64,000 nucleotides of DNA from Octopus vulgaris (taxonomy: Eukaryota). The stretch spans positions 34,100,001-34,164,000 of the forward strand of contig OX597827.1 in the NCBI GenBank assembly GCA_951406725.2, written 5' to 3'. This document shows, piece by piece, positions 48,269 through 61,830 of the stretch; the stretch's first letter is position 1; each line of letters opens with the position of its first letter. The notes beneath the pieces are model-generated. The model was given only the letters and a program-made list of their open reading frames with translations, made no database searches and was not told the origin of the DNA. The position numbers and the translations under genes are program-made.

Positions 48269-51159
48269 TCTTGTTTTGTTATTGTTTTATGTTCTTATAA
48301 ACTGTTTCCTAATAAAATTGTTTCGAACATTTGTACATTTGTAGTTACAATGTTTAACTATACCAAAGTGTGCTTTTATCATAAAAGTGCACAAATATAA
48401 ATATAAAGGTAAACACAAACTTAAATATTTATAGACATGTATGTTTGTGTATGTGTGTGCATGCATGTATGTTTATGCAGAGTATATACATATGATGTGT
48501 TCAGATATTCTCTAAACCTACACGCTTTGTATGTATGTATAATTACAATACTGAAACCCAGATCCAAGCAAATCAAAATAAGTTTCTGGAATTCTAGATA
48601 AATGTCATCAATCAGTCTATCAGAGGTTCTGGTTCCTACCAGTTGTGTTCTGGTGTATATAAAGCAAAAAATAATTTATCTTTATCCAATATACTTTTAG
48701 TAAAAAAACGTTATATTTGAGCAAAAGTTTGGATGAAAATATAATGTAATAGTTTCTGCTCTAAAAATATTCTGTAGGGTCTATGAAACAATGAAGCATT
48801 AGATGGATGAGGTGGTGATGAAAAAGGGATTGGTAAAAAAGGTGAAACAGAGAAAGAGAGATGGGGTAGAAAATGAAAACAAAAGTATAATAATGGAATG
48901 TCACCAAAAGGTAAGAAGCCCCAAAGAACAAAATATGAAAATATTTAGTTATGTTTTCCGTGCCATTATTTTGAACGAATTTGTTATTTACATGTGGCAA
49001 GGTGGTGGTGAGGAGGAGGAGGCTGTTCTGTTACACTGGAAGCATTTGTCTTTGAGTATACACACAAGTCATTACAATTTTTGCACACAACAGGAATACT
49101 CTGGAGACTTCTGGGCTGGAGTAGTTTCTTAGGAGTAGCAAAGACTGGGTTTTCATCTTGTGTCAGCCATGTCTGTTAAAAGGAAAGAAAATGTGTGATA
49201 ATAAATATTTCCATAAAAATATACTGCCTTTCTTTCATATGACTTGTTCCATCAACTGCCTACATGCACCATAGATGATGATGATGTTGGTAGTGGTGGT
49301 TTTAGTGATAACATAGTGAAGGAATACACAAAATGAGAGATGACTAATCTCAACACTTGCTATGGTATCTCAGCTCAACATCCACCACTGTTCTTTGTTA
49401 CATCAACCGACCCACTGTGGATGTTTCTCACCTGACACACATAACACCAGGGGAACAAAAATTATACATATTTATTATGTTTACTGAAACTAAAAGATAT
49501 CTAGATCTTAAATTTTCATTTCTCAATTACCACAATCTATTGTCAAACTCAGCATCATTAAAAAAGACTTTTCTATAAAGAAACAATAAATATAAGGACA
49601 TTTTTTTTTTAAAATGGTATTCCCAAGGGTTCTGTAAGAATAAAAATTGTCCCTTTGGTAAAGCAAGTTATTTCCACATGCCTAAAGTTTTGTGCAGTTT
49701 ATTAATATGAAATAATCTGGTTTATGAAACTTGCAATTATAAGACATAACACACTTCTAATGCATTGAGCACTTAGTGATTTCACATGAAAACACAAGAA
49801 TGGCTGTGGAGATACTACGATATATCTTGGGCAAGTATCCTCTGCTATACCTCTAAGTTAATCAATACCTTATCAGTAAAATTATGGAAAAATGTGTGGG
49901 TGTTCATATATATGTCTGTGTGAATGCATACATTTTGTACTGTGTTGACATTCCTTATGAACAAATCACTATGAAGCTCTATGCCTCCAAAGACAAGTGG
50001 AATAAAAACAAATCTTACTTGAGAAACAGTATATATATAAAACAACAGAAAGTTCATTCAACTGTAAAATACTGCCCCAAGAATAATTCTGCCCAATCCA
50101 TGGTACATAGAAAAAAATGTACAGTAAAGAAACATGTTTTATGCATACACATATATATGTAATGATGGCAATTTCTTTACATCCGAAGAACACGAGGAAG
50201 AGTGACATGTCCTCAAATAGCAATGTAAACCAATCCTTGATATCACAAGGCTTTTCTTCCTGCCTGCACTGAGCAGTTTCGAAACTGAGTCAGTCAGCAC
50301 AATTCAATCTCATTCTTTAGAACTAAAGATATGATCACAATGACTCAGTGGGCTGAGATGGCTGCAGTAACACTGGAGTGGCTTTCTAGGTGAAAGCTCA
50401 TCTTATCCTGGAGTTGCTGGAAGGACAGCAAAGAAGACACTAGATATCGAACAGACCCTACTCCTTGATATACCTTCAAGGTTGACTCCCTAAACTTTTC
50501 TTTTCCTAAGGTACTCATAAGGCAATGAGGGTTTGTGCTTGGAGTTTCCAGAGCATATATATATTGAGCGAAAACTTTATTGTTTATTGAGCGAAAACAC
50601 CTAAAACTCCATGAGGCTCAGGTAGAGGATGGTGATCCCTGCTGTACTCTCCGTCACTCTTTCTTCTGTTGGCCTGCTCGCTTAGCCACCGGGGTGGCGT
50701 CATTCGAAGGCTAAAACAATGCGAACGCATTGTGACCAGCGATGTGTAGCAACATTTGATGGTCTGGTCGGTCATGTGATATATATATACATATATATGT
50801 ATGTGTGTGTATATGTTTGTATGTAGGACAGTTGTGTAAAGAAGTATGTCGGTAGATGGAAACTCAAAGAAGCCTGTCATATATATGTTTGTGTGTATGT
50901 ATGAATTTGTATTGACATTGCATGATGGTTGTAAATGAGCATCACCCTCATACCAATAATGTCATTCATTTCCGTGAAAAGCACGTCAGAAAATGGGGAA
51001 ATATTAACTTGCTTGGAAACAAGTGAGAGTTGGCAACAGAAAGGGTGTTAGGTAAAAAAAAAATCTGCCTTGAATTCCATCTCTCCCATACAAGCATCGA
51101 AAAGTGAATATCAAAACAATGATGACACACACACATATATTATATAATAGGGAGAGTTT

Positions 51160-51330
51160 ACGAAAAAAACAAAAGACGAAGACAGGTGGTGTACAAAACA
51201 AACAGATGTATTAGTATAACGCTCAGGAACAGAAAAAGTCTTTTACGTTTCGAGCCTATGCTCTTCTACAGAAAGGGACACAGAAAAAACAAGGAGAGAA
51301 ACAAAATGTGTGTAATGGCTATCATGGCGA
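51160..51330 (-). ncRNA. PLE-type terminal repeat with minimal type-I hammerhead-like motif
   Basis: Minus strand CTTT-CTGTAGA-A-GAGC(ATAG)GCTC-GAAA-CGT-A-AAAG. Stems I and II and a palindromic stem III form, but core A6 is U. A second copy lies at 10250-10395. Confidence 0.55.
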
Positions 51331-52184
51331 CTAACTTCGGACAGAAGGGTCACACACGAGAGGGAAGAAATAGGGGAGATAACAAAGTAAAGATGACCCC
51401 CCCAACATGAAGGTGCGTGTGTGTATAAGAGAGTATGTATGAGTGTGTGAAAGAGGGCTGGTGGTCTGGATGGTATGCGTGTATGTATGTGTAGGTGTGA
51501 AAAAATATATATATATAATCAAACCTGCTTGTACTTGATATACTCTACAATCAGCCTCTCTCTTTTGAGCCACTGATTATTGATGTCCACCACTCTTTCC
51601 TCCCTTGTACTACCTCCCACCCCCGTCACATCCTTTCTACACTTATACTCTTTCCCTTCACTTATCCATCCTGGTTTTTCTTTGGTCAACCCTCATGCTT
51701 CTACTCTGCATCCTGCTCTGTCATCTTGCCTTCAGTGAACCAATGTATTAGAAAGCAACTGAGGTTTCTTTAATTCTATGAGGTACAAGATAACACCATT
51801 GGTGTATGTGTGTATATTTAACAGCATTCTGTACATCTTACTTAACATGGATATACTATAGAAAGCCACAAAACTGTAGTTTTGCTGGCAAACTAAATAA
51901 ACTTTTATTAACAGCAGCTTCCAGGTAGGGCATCCATCTCTAAAATAATGCTGCTATGGGAAAATCATCATCATCATTGTTTAATGTCCACTTTCCATGC
52001 TGGCATGGGTTGGATGGTTTGACAGGAGCCTGCACCAGACTTCTGTGTCTGTTTTGGCAGGGTTTTTACAGCTGGATGCCCTTCCTAACACCAATCACCC
52101 AGCAGAGTTAACTAAAAAAAAATGGACATAAAACACACACACACACACACATATACATATATACACACACATAGATATATAAAC

Positions 52185-52735
52185 CACCATCATCATCATC
52201 GTTTAACATCCGCTTTCCATGCTAGCATGGGTTGGATGATTTTACTGAGGACTGGCGAACCAGATGGCTACACCAGGCTTCAATCTTGATCTGACAGAGT
52301 TTCTACATCTGGATGCCCTTCCTAACACCAACCACTCCGAGAGTGTAGTTGGTGCTTTAACGTGCCACCAGCACAGGGCCAGTCAGGCGGTACTGGCAAC
52401 GACCTCGCTTGAATCTTTTACACATGCCACCGGCACAGGTGCCAGTAAGGCGATGCTGGTAACGATCATGCTCAAATGGTGTCTTTTACGTGCCACCAAC
52501 ATGGAGGCCAGCCTGCGCCGACGGAAATGTGACTGGCTCGCTATCTCCAGTGAATTGGCGCAGGACTGTCGTGCGTGGGCTACCATGGTTCGAGATGCCT
52601 TGAGGGTGCTAGAAGAAGCCAACTCAACCCGCCCAGGGTGAATGTCGCCACAAGTACAAGTAAGTAGTAAGGCCAGATAGCCACTCTGGCAACGATCATG
52701 TTTGGATGGTGCTCTTAACACCCTACTAGCACGTT
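52185..52735 (-). mobile_element. RTE-tail SINE/LINE 3' UTR copy
   Basis: The reverse complement matches 15790-16094, with a (CAT)n tail at 52187-52200. Other copies lie at ~33180, 45730, 51965, 53870-54500 and 63330. Confidence 0.85.
52512..52669 (+). mobile_element. 5'-truncated LINE 3' end of a different RTE-like family
   Basis: Encodes LRRRKCDWLAISSELAQDCRAWATMVRDA...STRPG*, ends in a CAAGTA-type tail, and has TSD AGGCCAG at 52505-52511 and 52670-52676. Confidence 0.8.
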
Positions 52736-52941
52736 AACACCAAATTTTGGCATAAGACCAGTAATTTTGGGGTAGTGGTAAATCAATTACATTGCCTCCA
52801 ATGATCAACTGGTTTTTATTTTATCAACCCCAGAAAGATTGACAGGCAAAGTTAACTTTGATGGAATTTAAATTCAGAAAGTAAAGACAGATGAAATGTC
52901 ACTAAGCGTTTTGTCTGACATGCCAATGGTTCTGCCAGCCA

Positions 52942-52995
<54 letters not shown>

Positions 52996-54539
52996 TTTAT
53001 ATGATGTGCTGGAGGAAAATAGGTATTTGATTGGATTGCAGATAGAACTTACAAATATAAAATTTATGTATGCATAAATGAATGTGAAGGCTTGTATAAA
53101 TATACATATGCAGATGTATGTACCTGTATATGAGTGTATGTAAGTGTACATGTATATATCTATGTATAAATATATATACACATATATATATTTATATGTG
53201 TGTATGTATATATAGATGTATTATATACATATAGGTGTTCTAGTGCCAGGTAGGTGGCAACAGTCTGGTGTTCTATCTATATTACTCTCCTGAGTAAGTT
53301 TTTCTTTTATTAAAAGTTTATGTCTTCCATGATCTTCCTGCCAGGGCCATAAACTAATTAAGATTTGAGAAATCAGCTAGCTCTTGATCTTTGTCCTTAT
53401 GAATCTTATAAGCAGCCAATATATTCTATTATTATTCTATAAAAACCTCACTTCCCACCATGTAGCATGATGAGCAAGTCAACTTATATCTTCTGCCTTA
53501 CCTGTTTGTGTATTTTTGGCATGGTGTAATCCAATGATGCATCGATAAAATGCTGCCAAAACAGCTGCTGTGAATTTTGAACCCCACTGTTCTTTTATAC
53601 ATATGCTGCAGAGGAAATCATCCCTGAGTTGGATCTACATTTTGCAAGGATCAGGTACCTATGTTTATATATAGATTTGTCTATATGTACTTATACGTAG
53701 ATAAACGTGTAGATGTATATGTACACATTTACAGCATACAACCAGCAAACAATAACTTCAATTATTCTTGAGTATTTCCAACCAGAACCTGACCTTTCAT
53801 AGTATCATGCACATTGAAATACATTAGATTCTAACAAACCTTGCCACTGAACACACACACAAACATATAGCATGATCTTCGAACATTAGGCCTCACCGAG
53901 GCCATGACTAGTGACTGAGACCTTTGAAAATATGCTTGTGTGAGAAGACCCGGTAGGATAAGTGAGACCATAACCCATGGCCTTTACCAGAATGTAGCTA
54001 GCCCACTTATGCATACCTTTCCTTCTTTGGACACAAAACTCTGCTTGCGAAGACCTGTTGGGGCAAGTGAAATGAAAATTGAACCAAATTCGATGACTGG
54101 CACCCATGCCAGTGGAGCGCTAACAGCTCCATCCAAGTGGGATCACTGCCAGAGCAGCTGTCTGGCACGTAAAGTGCACCATTTGAGCGTGATCATTGTC
54201 AGTGTTGCCTCACTGGCACACGAACAAAACATTCGAGCAAGGTCGTTGCCAGTGCTGTTGGACTGACTCCTGTGCAGGTGGCACGTAAAAAACACCATTT
54301 TCGAGCATGGCCATTGCCAGTACCGCCAGACTGGCCCTCGTGCACTTTAAAAGCACCCACTATACTCTTGGAGTGGTTGGCATTAGGAAGGGCATTCAGC
54401 TGTAGAATCTCTGCCAGATCAGCCATCTGGTTCGCCAGTCTTCAATGAAATTGTCCCACCCATGTTAGCATAGAAAGCGGACGTTAAACGATGGTGATGA
54501 TATTGACAATATTAAAAATAAGAATTACTCTGAAGTAAC

Positions 54540-55850
54540 AATAGCATTACCTTTAATTCTATAATTATATACTGCCTCTTAAGACTAACACATGTTTCAT
54601 TTGCACTGATTAGTAACTGTTGCAATTGCAACCCAACTATGAAATGGTGCAGTCTCTTCAGAGCCTGAACTTGATATCTCTCAGTATGGCCGTTTAACGA
54701 TTCTTCATTTATAAACTCTGTGTTGTATAATGTAGAGCTGTCTGTTAAGTCAGACATGAACAATCCCTACTTCAAGTTCTTATTGGATAATCATTGTTAG
54801 TCCATCATTTCGAAACCTTCTATTGTTTAAATGATAATTATTCATTTATACTTGGCAATTTCCTCATGTGCAAGCATCTCAATGCTTGCTCCTGTCTAGA
54901 ATTTATTACATTACCCTTGGATGTGAAAATCCTGTAAAATTCTTCCACACATTGGTCACATCTATTGGTTCCAAGTCTGTATGGTTTTGCAGTACAAATT
55001 AATTCCTATTTAATCATATAGACCTTGTTACTGTCCTTAAAAGACTAGATTAATTTGCTAAGACTTGTTTAGAACCTTTTATTTTTGTCTTTAAATGAAC
55101 TCAAGTGATTTGCCAGTCTCCTCTCGAAAATTAATGATGTCCCGCCAATGTAAAAGAATTCCTTACACTTATTTTACACATAAAAGGATTCCCGTTTAGA
55201 ACAACTGCAAAGATAGCCTTTTATATTTCTCTCAGATTTAGTTTCAATTTAATCATTCGTCATAGAATTAAATTCCATTTCCACCAAGTTCTTTATTACT
55301 ATTTACTCCATTAGATAACGTTATCTTTGTTCTATTTCTAGCTAACTTTTATTCGATTTGACGTTATTATTTATATTAAATTGGGTTGTTTCCCTTACCA
55401 CCACATTTAATTTCCTAGCGTTCCCGTCTATTTGAGTTTCTTTATTCTGTTTAAAGTTATTATGCTTCAAATTCAGTGTGCTATTCTGGTTGTAATTGCT
55501 TTTTTGAAATTTCGATATTATTTTAACATGATATGCTGCCACAATTTGTGCAATATTACGGCTAAGACAATACTTGATCTAATTTTATGTCAATTAAAAA
55601 TTTTGTAATATTTGTGGTTTCTTGGAAAATATTTTTGAATGGATATATTAAACAATTTGGAAAAATTGTAATTTACCTGTTTACCAAATGGAACGATTAG
55701 CCATAAAGTATTCTTCAAGTTAAGATCATAATTTTGATGCTTATACCTGGTTTTTGAAGGAGTAAGTATTCTCTGATTTCGATCCATTTTAAAGTTAAAG
55801 AACTTTATTGGATTTATATGTTAACTGTTGAATAACATATTTTGAATACT
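54540..55850 (-). mobile_element. Decayed PLE linker plus GIY-YIG (same lineage as 21-23 kb)
   Basis: TLWLIVPFGKQVNYNFSKLF...KYFPRNHKYYKIFN and FFYIGGTSLIFERRLANHLSSF. Confidence 0.75.
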
Positions 55851-55869
55851 TAACTGAGAGCAAACTGGT

Positions 55870-56900
55870 AATCGTTTTGGAGTTATCCCTTACTTTTTAC
55901 AAATATTTTGCCATCCCAATCACGAACTCCAGTCTCCTGAAATCAGGTTTCAGCATCTCTTCCTATGGTTTCACTTTCATACATTCCTCTCACTTGAATC
56001 ATTCAAAACTTCTTTACACAACTGTCCTTCTCCATATATGTTACATGTTTATACTAGCTCAGCCTTCTCTTTTGTGCACTACATCTAATTCTTACACTCC
56101 ATTTTTGCTCAACTAATTTGCGCCGCACCATTATTGCATATTAACATTACACAATCTCCCCGAATTTCTTTCCAGCACTTACATATCCTCTGCATTCAAT
56201 GCCCATGTTTTGCAGCATTGCATTCGCATGCATGTATCATACAATATGCTTTTCACCCTTTGTCGCCTGTAAAGGTAGTAGTATTCTAAACATTCCCTAT
56301 TCTTTCTCTGGATACTTCGCCTTCCAGACACCCTCCTCAACTGTGCATAAGGTCACCTAAACAATATAAGCTACCAGCTATGACTAAGGAGCCCCTAAAC
56401 ATTTCAAAACATCTATATTATCAGTGCTCTAACTGTTAACTCCTGCACATGTGCTACATTTAATGTCCATTTCTGTCAGCTTGCCTCTCATCTCACTGCA
56501 GTATATGCATAGTCTACATTGGATACACTGTCTACTTAGGCTGTCTTTATAGGTAAAGCAATGCCGGTTAACACAGCATACATAAATTAGCATTATGCTC
56601 TACCCCTAAAAGGTGTGGAGACCCCAAGCAAGAACCCATGCCCATAAGCTATTGAATTATCAGTCATCAGCTCTACTTCATTAAGGATATCGAGTCAGGA
56701 AAAACTCATACTCTTTTCCTGTAAATCAAGCATGGCCATTGTACAGACAATACTTTAGTCCTGTTATGCTTCCATGCTACCCAATACTCTTATCTTTGCT
56801 TACATGTTTAGCATTTCTTCTCTAATTCTTTAATAGATTTAGCTATGAGAACTAAGTCATTGGTATACAGAAGCTGCGTCAGATAGCTGGTCTTAAACTC
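55870..56900 (-). mobile_element. Old RTE LINE fragment (PHD-containing family)
   Basis: The reverse complement resembles a decayed 14400-15450 (DTCMRM...TWALNAEDVSAG). Confidence 0.6.
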
Positions 56901-59900
56901 CTATTATTGCATGGAAGAGACTGAAAACCAAGCTCCGATGGACATCTACTTGCATGCATAGCTTCCCCCATCCATCGACACCACCTTTTATCAGTAGCCC
57001 TAAGACAACGGAATATGCTTATTTTATTCCAAATTAGTTACATCATAATTATTTCTTCTATTTTAGTTTGATCCACCAGTTTGATAACTCTGTAGCTGTT
57101 TATTCCTAGAGCACCGCCTTTGCCTTATTAACTATTAACGAACCTTTTTTCAAGTACCTGCGTGTGTGTAACTCGTGGGCAGCATCATGAAGGCGACCCC
57201 TGATGGTCTGGTTGTTTTTCCTGACTCGATATCCTTAATGAAGTAGAGCTGATGACTGATAATTCAATAGCTGGTCCTGTCGGGTCTCCGAAACAGTTTT
57301 CTCGTAGTAGCATTGTCATATCCTTTTCTACTCTGTATCAGCAAAGGTGGGTGCTCTGTTATTATTATGTACACATTTTCCCCAAACATTGTCCCAATTC
57401 CCACTAACACACTGCTCGTCAATTGAGAACACCTCGTTGTAGTACCTCCCAGCTAAGGAGAGTTAGGCGCTCTTAAGCGTTGTGTATAAATGACGTTTGC
57501 TATGGGATAATATATAGACTTGTTCCACAGCGATGGCATGTAGCTACCTCCACGCTTTAATTATGATAGGTAATCCTAGTACTAAGCTAGTATTTGCTAT
57601 ACTGGGAGCTGTTTTTCTTTTTAATTGTCAGACTACTTTTTCAACACATCTTTATTTTATATTGATAGTGCCCCTATTTACATAGTTTTCGTAGTTATGG
57701 CTCCAGCAAGTTAGTTCATACTCTCGGATGATACAAAACACACCTTACACTGTTTTCATTCTTTTAATATTATTCATTAATTTCTCTTCACCATAATAGT
57801 GAATCCTTTTCTCCCTTTTCATCTCTCTAAAGGATACTTCAACTATTACTATAATAACCCCTATCCATGTTTTTATCGTAATTAAAATGCTGGCAGCGCT
57901 AAGTATTTTTGAAACGAAGAAAAAGATAGAGGGAAATAGCAAAGAATTACAAACACAAAGAAAGAAAGAAAATGGTAAAAAATAAAACCAATAGTGAGGA
58001 GGGGGGGGGGTAAATACAACCATCTCCTGTAAACGGCCGATACAGAGACAGGTCATTTTTTTCTCCAGCACCTTTCTTCTTCTCGCTTACTTTCGTTAGT
58101 GGTTCATAATGTTTCATGTCTGTTTATTAGTCACGATTGTGTAATGGAAGTTAAACGAGGAAATTTTTTGTAAAGAAAACAGTTATAAAAAAAGACTTAC
58201 CTTGATGAAATAGAGAGAGAAGGAGAGAGAGAAAGAGTCTGCACAGGTTGAAAGTATGAGGTGGTGGTGATGGTGAGAGGGACAGATGTGAATGGAGCAA
58301 GGGCAGATAATCTCGTAAACATCACGTAGAGGATCTAATTTCATTATCGATATTTTGTGCTTAATTTTATTTTTGCTTTCAAAAAATAGTCATTTTGTAG
58401 ATTGATATGATTTTGTTGTAACTTAGCTTCATCTGCAACGCTGTAATTAAATCAAATACATTCAAATGAAACAATTAAGAAAACAAAGAATATTAGCTAT
58501 ATAATCGTGCCGGAATATTTTTATGCTATTTACTGTGAGGTAAATCACCGGTGAAAGCGGTCATCCCATTGTTCTTATCCTGAACAAAGAAAAATAAAAA
58601 CATGAAATACTTTTATGGTCTTTCGTTGTTTTGAACCCCCACTTTTTCTGTGTATATTTCAACACGCACCACGCATGTAATCTCGGTGTGTGTGTCTGTA
58701 TGTTAGTATATATAATACATACATACATATATATATACACACACACACACATATATATGCATGTATGTATATAGTCAATAAAACATAACAGAAAAGAAGC
58801 ACACTAAAGAATAGAGCATGTGGCTTTGGTGGATGCGAAACCTTTGGTAACTCTATGACTAGAATTTAATTTATATATATATATATATATATTGGTGCTA
58901 TTAAGTTAGACATGGCCTGGGCCAACACCTTTCTAAGTTTTTTTATATATATATATATGTGTGTGTGCACATCTGCGTGTATGTGCTTCCATGTAATATG
59001 TACTATAATACATATTTACAATACGTACTGAAAGACAAAATAATTAGAATCTAAGTTGTGTGTACGTTAAATCACCTTAGTATGCATGAAATAAATCATG
59101 CTGAATGGTTCAAAATCGATATTAAAATCACTTTTTATGTGTCCATGTAGTTTGATAATACTTAGGAGTTATACCTGTATCTGTGTTTCAGTGTATTATG
59201 TTAGAGGATATTTGGCTTGGCCAAATAATTAACATGACTACGATTTGATATCCCATGAAGCATTCTTTAAGAATACATGCATACACATTCACTGATTCAA
59301 TGACTGGTCATCAGTTGCTCTAAGGCACTCCCAGGAATGGCTTTTGAAACTGATCCTATTGACCCCAGTATTTGTTTTTAAGTTTTGTATTTATTTTAGC
59401 ATTCGCTAAGGGACTGGAGACAAGTGCCATACTTGTCGACCACCGACAGATTCCAAAAAGAACATACAAGCATATACAGAGAGAGAGAGTGGGGGGGGGA
59501 TCTTCCTGCAGTTTTACTTACAAGACATTGGTCTACCTGATGCTAAAAGATATACACTTGCCTAAGACGACATGTAAGAGCAAACCAAAACCATATAATT
59601 GCAAAATGAACTTATTAACTACACAGCCATGTGTGCTTCTTCACACACACACACACGTGCTTTACGCTTCTTATAGTGTCGTAGGCTCCTTACAGAAACC
59701 TATCTCATTCACACACATTTAACTGAATGAAGAGATACAGGAAGTCACAAAGCACTACATGGGCATAACAGCTACTGACTTCAATGGAAAGTACACACAG
59801 TGTATGCACACACTTCGATGCAGGCATCTAAGTGAGTGCATACAACGTGTGTAGAGAGAATTCCACTTCTTTGCCTCATTTCCCATGGTGACTCTGTGGT

Positions 59901-60927
59901 CTCTGGAATGAAACCCCCAACATTGAATGGACCATCATTGACAGGGCTTCAGCAGACTCATCAAGCGCCCACAGTTACCAACTCTGCCTCCACAAAAGAC
60001 TGCTCATTCTTCACCAATCTGCAATGTCTAACAACAGGATATACGAAATCATTTGCTGCCACCAAAGGTATGCCTTCCTTGTGAATATAAAAACCTGCCA
60101 CTGATACTCCAGATATACCAACTTAACATTGGTTGCACCTCTGCACTGGCTGCTCCACTACAGAGGACAGGGTTCCTAACCATCGAAGCCTATGCAGACC
60201 TACACAAGCTGACCTCCCAACCTTGCGTATCCTGTGTGACCCCCACCTTTGCCTCCTTAGACGTAGATGTGCATACGCACATCTACGTCTATGTCCATGT
60301 AATTTTATTTTTCATCCTCCTCAACACACCAACAAATCTCAGTCCAATGCCAATTGTCTCCCACCACTAGGAATGCTGTTGCGACTACACTACTATACAT
60401 CTGTCATGCCCGCATACATAAATACCAGAAGCACAAAAGTATGTATATATATATTTGTACATACACATGCATATATGTTCTTCCAGACAAACATGGATAC
60501 ATTCATATGTTCACATATAAATACAAGAATGTATATAATCATGTTCACCAAGCATCAATACACATAGATACCCATATACATATACAGCAGGCACTGACAC
60601 ACAAGAATTCACATATATACACACACATACACATGCATAAACAACCAATAATGCATTCAGCTGATATACACAGTTGACATGTACTCCTTCAGATTTGTGC
60701 ACGCTAGTACTCACACACAACTGCATCCATATGTACATACACCCCCACACATCAATGAGCTAATATTCTCAGCCCTCACTTGTATGCCAGCTTACACAGA
60801 CACACACCTCCCCCACCATTGTACACATGCATAGCTGACATGCATATAGATATCAGGCATCCACAGCCATGCATTCATACATCTGGTATATGCAAATTGA
60901 GCAGATAAGGAGGTAACTATGTGGACA

Positions 60928-61570
60928 AACAAATTAAATATAACAGCTTGGGTTTGATATACAAAATATATATGTATGTATACATGCAAAATGAGAGAAA
61001 GCAAAGACTGTAGACAATCAGATGATGAATATTTAAGTATAGCTATTATGTAGATATTTATATCAATAGATCAAACTTACACTGAGTAGAAGCAACATAG
61101 AAAATTAAAGGCGAGGAAGTAGGGTGTTATAAGCCCAACAACTGTTTCCAGGGGTTTTGGAGATCCATCACAATTTTGGTAGATGTAGTTCTTCACAATA
61201 TGCAGGCCATAATGGAAGCGATCAATTCAATAAATTAGGCTTGATTTATCCTATGTTGATTGTTTCTACTATGGCCTGCATATTGTGAAGAATTACATCT
61301 ACCAACATTATGATGGATCTCTGAACCCCTGGAAACAGCTGTTGGACTTATAACACTTTACTTCCTCCTCTTTAATTTTCTATGTCGCTTGTACTCAGTG
61401 TAAGTTTGATCTATTAATATAAATATCTATATAATATTTATACTTAAAAATTCATCGTCTGAATGTCTTTGCTGTCTCTCATTTTGCATGTATTTCACCA
61501 CTTCAAGAGCACACACACACACATATACATATTTTGCATATCAAACCCAATCTGTTATATTTAATTTGTT
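60928..61570. mobile_element. Long foldback element (~300-bp imperfect arms, ~30-nt loop)
   Basis: 60928-61225 mirrors 61256-61570, e.g. CTTCACAATATGCAGGCCATA / TATGGCCTGCATATTGTGAAG and ATAGATCAAACTTACACTGAGTA / TACTCAGTGTAAGTTTGATCTAT. Confidence 0.9.
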
Positions 61571-61830
61571 CTTGATTGGCTCTTCGTTTCCACTTGTGGA
61601 TGGACTGCCTGAGTATGCCTCGCTCTCTGCTGTGTTTGAAACAGTTGTACCACTCCTTGAGCTGAATTTTGCCCATAGTATCATCGCCAAAGGTTTGCTG
61701 AATCTTCTGGATGGTTTGAACTTGAGTACCCACAAGCTTTTAGCAAAACTTGATACGTTCAGTGAAAACGAATCCTCCTACCGAAAATATTTGGCTCATG
61801 CGGCTATAGTTTCGGTCGCAATCTGATGAC
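61571..61830 (-). mobile_element. Mariner transposase N-terminal remnant
   Basis: IKFC*KL...QTIQKIQQTFGDDTMGKIQLKEWYNCFK...SGSPSTSGNEE. Confidence 0.75.

Larger units (their letters stand above)
49173..58200 (-). other. Putative ~9-kb first intron of the 483-aa ZNF gene
   Basis: Strong acceptor TTTCTTTCCTTTTAACAG| at 49173 and strong donor AAG|GTAAGT at 58200. The interval is TE-filled. Their pairing is inferred and intermediate exons are possible. Confidence 0.45.

Noticed and set aside
50160-50560. Possible DIRS/tyrosine-recombinase remnant (minus strand ESTLKVYQG)
   Set aside because: A single short motif that is too degenerate to support.
57243-57305. CTGATGA...CGAAAC hammerhead candidate
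   Set aside because: No closing stem II pair and stem I is out of register, so likely chance.
56940-57750. Possible old LINE or exon
   Set aside because: No convincing motif or open frame could be read.
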